The position numbers and the translations under genes were made by a program. Below are positions 24,315 through 32,000 of a DNA stretch of 32,000 nt, one piece after another. Under the pieces are notes generated by a model. The model ran no database searches, was not told the DNA's origin, and worked only from the letters and a program-made list of their open reading frames with translations. Source of the stretch: Thermodesulfobacteriota bacterium (GTDB taxonomy: Bacteria > Desulfobacterota > Desulfarculia > Desulfarculales > Desulfarculaceae); contig JBMORH010000057.1 of the NCBI GenBank assembly GCA_049322275.1, forward strand, positions 1 to 32,000, in the 5' to 3' direction. Each line of letters starts with the position of its first letter. Position 1 is the stretch's first letter.

Positions 24315-24560
24315 GGGTTTCCTCCCTGCGGGTGAAGGCTGGTGGGGGCCGGCCGGGCGGCCGCGGGGCGGCCGGGTCCGGAAAGGCCTCCAGGCATTGT
24401 ATAGCAATGGGTTTGCGGGGGAAAGCGCCACCCGGCCCCGGTTTGCCCGGATGCCATCCGGTTGCGTTTGTGTTAAATTAATCCCAGGGAAACGATTTTT
24501 TTGGTTGGGGAGGCTTCCTCGGCCCACGACGGCCACCAGGAAAGCCGGCCCCGATAAGGC

Positions 24561-24566
24561 TATAAA
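24561..24566 (+). promoter_or_regulatory. -10-like box TATAAA (context GGCTATAAACC) upstream of the 8-PAS kinase gene
   Basis: Same GGCTATAA context as the boxes at 20270 and 20902. It lies only 21 nt before ATG 24588, which would give a very short leader without a Shine-Dalgarno sequence. Confidence 0.25.
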
Positions 24567-24587
24567 CCAAATGCCAAATGCCTGCCC

Positions 24588-27500
24588 ATGCCGCCATCCC
24601 GCTCCCGCTCCCCCGCGGGGGTGGCGGCATTGACCACCGGCCAGCACGCACCGGCCGGCCCGGGCCGGCGGCTCAGACTGGCCGCCGGGGCCGGCCGCTC
24701 CCGCGCCAGGGGCAACCGCCTGTCCTCCCGCGCCCGCCAGGAATTCTTCCGCGCCCTGTTCGAATCCGACCTGGTGGGGGTGGCCATAACCGACCCGGCC
24801 AGCCGGCTCTGGCTGGACGTCAACGAGCGCCTCTGCCGCATGTTCGGCTATTCCCGCGCCGAGCTGATGCAGCGCAGCTGGGTGGATCTGACCCACCCCG
24901 ACGAACTGCCGGAAAACCTGGCCCGGTTCGACGAACTGCTGAGCGGCAAGGTCGGCGGCTACCTGCTGGACAAGCGCTTCGTGCACAAGGACGGCGGGCT
25001 GGTCTGGACCACGGTCTCGGTGCAGGGCCTGCGCGACCGGCGCGGCCGGCTCAGTCACGTGGTGGTGCTGGTCCACGACATCAGCGCCCGCAAGCAGGCC
25101 GAACAGGCGCTGCGCCAAAGCGAGGAGCGCGCCCGCGCCATCCTGGCCGCCAGCCCCGACCCCAAGGTGGTCTATGACAACCAGGGCGGGGTGGTCTACC
25201 TCAATCCTGCTTTCACCGCCGTCTTCGGCTGGTCCCTGGAGGAGCTGGCCGGCCGGCGGGTGCCTTTCGTGCCCCCGGACCAGATGGATATCACCCGGCG
25301 GCGCATAGAACGGATACTGGCCAGCGGCGAGCCCCAGGTCTTCGAAACCCGGCGGCTGACCAAGGACGGGCGGACCCTGGAGGTGCGCATCAACGCCGCG
25401 GCCATCCATGACCAGGCCGGCCAGCTCAGCGGCATGGTGGTCAACATCACCGATCTGACCGTCCTCAAGCAGGCCGGCAACCAGATGCGCCAGCAAAAGG
25501 CGTATTTCGAGCAGCTTTTCGAATGCAGCCCCGACGCGGTGGCGGTGATCCAGCAGGACGGGGCCATCCAGCGCGTCAACCAGGCGTTCACCCGCCTGTT
25601 CGGCTATGGCCAGCCGGAGATCATCGGGCGCAACATCAGCTCGCTGCTGGCCCCGGCCGAGCGCGTCCAGGAGGCCCACGACCTGCGCCGGCGCGTCGCC
25701 CAGGGCCACGTCATCGAGGTGGAGACCCAGCGCCGGGCCAAGGACGGCCGCCTGGTGGACGTGGCCATCACCGGGGCGCCCATCCACCTCGACGCCGCCC
25801 TCATCGGCATCCTGGCCGTCTACCGCGACATCGGCGCCCGCAAGCGGGCCGAGCAGGCCCTGGCCCGCAGCGAGGAGCTCTACCGCACCCTGTTCGAAAA
25901 GGCCGGGGACGGCATTTTTCTGCTGGAGGTCGAGGGCGATGCCGCCGGGCGCATCGTGGCCGCCAACGCCGCCGCCGCCGGGCTGCACGGCTACAGCCAG
26001 GCCGAGCTGCTGGCGATGCGCATCCAGGACCTGGAGACGCCGGAGGCGGCGGCCCGGGCGCCGGAGCTTTTCCGACGCATCCTGGACGGCGAATGGGTGA
26101 AGCTGGAGACCGCCCATCGCCGGCGCGACGGCGGCGTCTTCCCGGTGGAGGCCAGCGCCGGCCTGGTGGAGCTGGCCGGCGAGAAATACATCCTGGCCAT
26201 CGACCGCGACGTGACCGAGCGCAAGGCGGCCGAGGCGGCGATAAGGCAGAGCGAGGAGAAGTTCGCCAAGGCCTTCATGGCCAGCCCGGCCTGGGTGGCC
26301 ATTTCCACCCTGGAGGAGGGGCGCTACCTGGACGTCAACCGCGCCTACCTGGCCAGCACCGGCTACAGCCGCCAGGAGGTGATCGGTCGCACCACGGCCG
26401 AGGTGGGAATCTGGCACGACCCGGCCCAGCGCCGCCAGATGGTGGAGCGCTTGAAACGCGACGGCCGGGTGACCGGCATGGAGGTGCAGTTCAGGGGCAA
26501 GGACGGCCGGCTGCGCCAGGGTGTGCTTTCGGCCGAGCTCATCGAGCTTCAGGGCCAGGTCTGCCTGATCTCGGTGGTGATGGACATCACCGAGCGGCGC
26601 CAGGCCGAGCGGGAGCTGGAGCTGATCCGTTTCGCCCTGTACCAGGCGCCGGTCCCCTTCCTGCTCATCACCCCGCAGGGCAACTTCGCCTACGCCAACC
26701 CCGCCGCCTGCGACCACCTGGGCTATACTCGCGAGCAGCTCTTGGCGCTTCGGGTGCAGGACATCGACCCCGACTACCAGGACGCCCAACGGGATGAGCT
26801 CTGGGAGTGGCTGCGGCGCGAAAAGAGCTTCCGGTTGGAGAGCCGCCACCTGACCAAGGACGGCCGCCTGGTCCCGGTGGAGATCTTCGGCCACTATCTG
26901 GTTTGGGAGGGGCGCGAGTACGACTGCGTCTTCATCACCGACATCAGCCAGCGCAAGCAGGCCGAGGCGGCGCTGAAGGAATCCGAGGAGCGTTTCCGCA
27001 TCCTGAGCGAGGAATCCCCCCTGGGCATCAGCCTGGTGGGCGGCGACGGGGCCTACGAGTACGTCAACCCGGCCTTCGTCAAGATGTTCGGCTGGTCGCT
27101 CAAGGACATCCGCCGCGGCTCCGACTGGTTCCGCCTGGCCTATCCCGACCGCGCCTACCGCTGCGAGGTGGTCCACGCCTGGAAGACTGACCTGAAGTCG
27201 TCGCGGGCGGGGGATGTCAGGGTCCGCACCTTCGAGGTGGTCTGCCGCGACGGCGCCAAGAAGACCGTCCTGTTCCGGCCGGTGCTCACCGAGAGCGGGC
27301 GTAACTTCGTGATATACGAGGACATCACCCGCCAGGTCACCTATCAGCGCGCCCTGCAGGAATCGGAGAAGCGCTACCGCGAGCTGGTGGACAACATCAG
27401 CGACTTCATCTACACCCACGACCTTGAGGGGCGCTTCCTTTCCATCAACCGGGCCGCGGCCCAGACCCTGGGCTTCGCCCCGGAGGAGCTGGTGGGCCGC

Positions 27501-28925
27501 TGCATCGCCGACATGATGCAGCCCGAATACCGGGAGGCCTTCCGCCAGGAATACCTGCCCCGGCTGGAGCGCCAGGGCTATGACAGCGGCCTGAGCGTCT
27601 ACATCGACCGGGAAGGGTCCAAGCACTATCTGGAGTACAAGAGCCAACTGGTGCGCGAGGATGACCGGCCGCCCTTCGTGCGCGGCTCGGCCCGCGACGT
27701 GACCGAGCGGGTGCTGGCCGCCCACGAGCAGCGCCGGCTGGAGGAGCAGCTTTTCCAGGCCCAGAAAATGGAGGCCCTGGGCACCCTGACCGGCGGCGTG
27801 GCCCACGATTTCAACAACCTGCTCACCGGCATCCAGGGCAACCTGAGCCTGGCCCGCCAGACCCTGGGCCCGGACCACCCTGGCCTGCGCTACCTGGTCA
27901 ACGCCGCCCTGGCCGCCGAGCGCGCGGCCAAGGTGACCAAGCAGCTCCTGACCCTGGGCCGCCGGGCCGAACGCCACACCCGGCCCCTGGACCTGGCCCT
28001 GTTGATCGACGACACCCTGCATCTCTTGGGCGAAACCATCGACCGCCGCATAAGCCTGACCATGGACCTGGACCCCCGGCTCCGGCTGGTGGAGGCCGAC
28101 GAGGCCCAGATCAGCCAGGTCATCATGAACCTGTGCGTCAACGCCCGCGACGCCATCCGCGAAGCCATCGCCTGCGGCCGCCGTCCGGCCCCCCCGGCCG
28201 CGCCGGCGGAGGAAGGCGAATGGCGCATCCTGGTCAGCGCCCGCAACCTCGACCTCGACCCCGCCCAGGCCCAGGGCCACGCCCTGGCCTATCCCGGCCA
28301 GTTCGTGGTGCTAAGCGTGGCCGACAACGGCTGCGGCATCGTCCCCGAAACCCAGGAGCGCATCTTCGAGCCTTTTTTCACCACCAAGCCCCAGGGCGAG
28401 GGCACCGGCCTGGGGCTGGCCACGGTCTATTCCATCGTCAAGCAGCACCGCGGCTGGATAACGGTGGATTCGACCCCCGGCCGGGGAACGTCGTTCGCCG
28501 TCCACCTGCCCGCCCTGACCGGGGCCGGCCCGCCCCAGGCCTCCCCGGTCGCCGAAGAGCCCCTGCCCAGGGGCAGCGAAACGGTGCTGGTGGTGGACGA
28601 CGAGGCCATGATCCTGGACCTGGTCCGGGACAGCCTGGAGGGGCTGGGCTACCGGGTGGCCTGCGCCCATGACGGCCGGGAGGCCCTGGATATCTTCGAC
28701 CGCTTCGGCGACGGGATAGACCTGGTCATCCTCGACATGGCCATGCCCGGCCTTTCGGGGCAGGAGATCCTGCAAAGGATGCTGGCCAAACGGCCCCGGA
28801 CCCGCGTCATCATCTCCAGCGGCCACACGGCCTCCAACCTCACCGCCCCCCTGGGGGCCGCCTTCCTGGCCAAGCCCTATCGCATCCAGGACTTGGCCGC
28901 CGCCGTGCGCCGCGCGCTGGATTAG
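24588..28925 (+). CDS. Cytoplasmic hybrid sensor histidine kinase with eight PAS domains, HisKA/HATPase core and C-terminal receiver
   Basis: 1445 aa.
- Eight PAS starts can be read, each followed by a DIT/DVTERK PAC-like end: [97 protein letters not shown].
- H-box [15 protein letters not shown]-box [12 protein letters not shown]-box [11 protein letters not shown].
- REC: VLVVDDEAM...[10 protein letters not shown]...AKPY.

The N-terminal 45 aa are Arg-rich, so the exact start is uncertain. Confidence 0.9.
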
Positions 28926-28937
28926 GCCGCCGACCAA

Positions 28938-28973
28938 TTGCCGGAATCCGTCCACTGGGAATTATGGTAAATT
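28938..28973 (+). promoter_or_regulatory. Promoter candidates upstream of the solute-binding-protein gene: TTGCCG-17-ATTATG, and an overlapping extended -10 TGgTAAATT
   Basis: TTGCCG at 28938-43 and ATTATG at 28961-66 (17-nt spacer). TG at 28965-66 plus TAAATT at 28968-73. These lie in a local AT-rich patch in the 89-nt gap after the kinase stop. Confidence 0.25.
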
Positions 28974-29014
28974 TTAGCTAGCGTTCCTGCTTACCAAAGC
29001 AAGCCGGGGATGGC

Positions 29015-29845
29015 ATGCTCCCGACCAGAACCTCCGCGACGGCCGCGACGGCCCGCCGTGTCTTGCAGCGCGGGCAGGGCCTGCTGTGGGCCGGCCTCAT
29101 GGCGGGCCTGGTCGCGGCGGCGGGGCCGGGGGCGGCGGCCGGGGCCGAGGAGCCCTTGACGATCTACTACTTCTCGCGGCCGCCGTTGTACATGACCGAC
29201 GCCCAGGGCAGGCCCGGCGGGGTGCTGCTGGAACTGACCGAGCGCATCATGCAACGGGCCGGGCTGGAATGCCGCCTGGTCGAGGTGCCGGCCAAGCGCG
29301 CCCTGCTGGCCATCGAGCGGGACGAGCCGGCCTGCGGGGTGGGCTGGTACCGGCTGGCCGAGCGCGAGAAATTCGCGGTCTTCAGCCTGCCCATCCACCG
29401 CGACCCGCCCCAGGTGGCGGTGGTGCGCCGCGCGCTGGCCCGCGACCTGCCCCGGCCGGCCACCCTGGACGACCTCCTGGGCCGCTCCCTGGTCCTGGGG
29501 GTCATCGACGGTTTCAACTACGGCCCGGTGGCCGAGCGTAAGATGGCGCAATACAATCCCCGGACGCAGCGGATCACCGGCGAAATGGGACAGTTGATGC
29601 GGATGACCGCCCTGGGCCGCTGCGATTGGTTTCTGGCCAACCGCCTGGAAGTCGAATGGCACCTTGGCGGCGACCCCGCCCTGGGCCAGGAGCTCGGCCC
29701 GGTGGAGCTGGCCGACCAGCCCCAGGGCAACCTGCGCTATCTCATGTGCGGCCCCTCCCTGGGCGGCGCGCACCTGGACCGGATCAACCGCGCCATCCTG
29801 GAACTGGTGGGCGATCTGGAAGGCGGCGGCCAGCCCCAGCCCTGA
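29015..29845 (+). CDS. Periplasmic solute-binding protein, family-3 (SBP_bac_3-like), probably a kinase co-sensor
   Basis: 276 aa. N-terminal basic region plus hydrophobic segment (RRVLQRGQGLLWAGLMAGLVAAAGPGAAAGA). The mature part, PLTIYYFSRPPLYMTDAQGRPGGVLLELTERIMQRAGLECRLVEVPAKRAL...GVGWYRLAEREKF, is typical of type-3 SBP-like proteins encoded beside sensor kinases and cyclases. Confidence 0.8.
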   Translation: MLPTRTSATAATARRVLQRGQGLLWAGLMAGLVAAAGPGAAAGAEEPLTIYYFSRPPLYMTDAQGRPGGVLLELTERIMQRAGLECRLVEVPAKRALLAIERDEPACGVGWYRLAEREKFAVFSLPIHRDPPQVAVVRRALARDLPRPATLDDLLGRSLVLGVIDGFNYGPVAERKMAQYNPRTQRITGEMGQLMRMTALGRCDWFLANRLEVEWHLGGDPALGQELGPVELADQPQGNLRYLMCGPSLGGAHLDRINRAILELVGDLEGGGQPQP

Positions 29846-29884
29846 GGGCGGACCGCCGCGCATTGCATCCTGGAAGCCTGGACC

Positions 29885-32000
<2,116 letters not shown>

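Noticed and set aside
24315-28280. A 1511-aa minus-strand ORF (23745..28280) antisense to the 8-PAS kinase
   Set aside because: Only its last 189 codons (the nitroreductase, with its own Shine-Dalgarno sequence and ATG) look like a real protein. The rest is Gly/Ala/Pro/Arg-rich low-complexity translation, typical of the antisense frame of a gene with very high third-position GC. The plus-strand frame encodes recognisable PAS and kinase motifs throughout.

Overview
High-GC bacterial chromosome segment, about two-thirds G+C by eye, with G/C strongly preferred at third codon positions. That composition explains the many long spurious ORFs in alternative frames and on the antisense strand. The gene content suggests an anaerobe with a Wood-Ljungdahl-type C1 pathway, possibly Desulfobacterota-like, but taxonomy cannot be verified from here.

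Left to right:
- The 3' end of an IS110-family transposase gene, cut by the window edge and lower in GC.
- On the minus strand: an acyl-CoA synthetase gene, then a pair of secreted proteins (vWA-like multi-repeat protein plus a LolA/DUF4412-like protein).
- dprA-topA, convergent with engB.
- A long divergent control region.
- A five-gene redox operon: metF-like, double-length hdrA, mvhD, metV, metF.
- A four-gene signalling operon: CheY-like receiver, ACT-domain protein, Cys-rich PAS histidine kinase, receiver-PAS-histidine kinase.
- A redox/stress group: usp, a PDO/AhpF-N-terminal-like domain fused to thioredoxin reductase, enoyl-CoA hydratase, nitroreductase.
- A cytoplasmic 8-PAS hybrid histidine kinase.
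- A periplasmic solute-binding protein.
- A membrane HAMP-PAS hybrid histidine kinase that runs off the window end and is missing from the supplied ORF track.

No rRNA, tRNA or CRISPR array was seen.

The most interesting items are:
- the HdrBC-less MetF/HdrA/MvhD/MetV/MetF cluster, with a degenerate leading MetF paralogue and a tandem HdrA fusion;
- the receiver/ACT/kinase/kinase operon;
- a recurring GC-rich hairpin element, one copy of which abuts the IS110 end.

I did not find a clear-cut defence or mobile system beyond the IS fragment.
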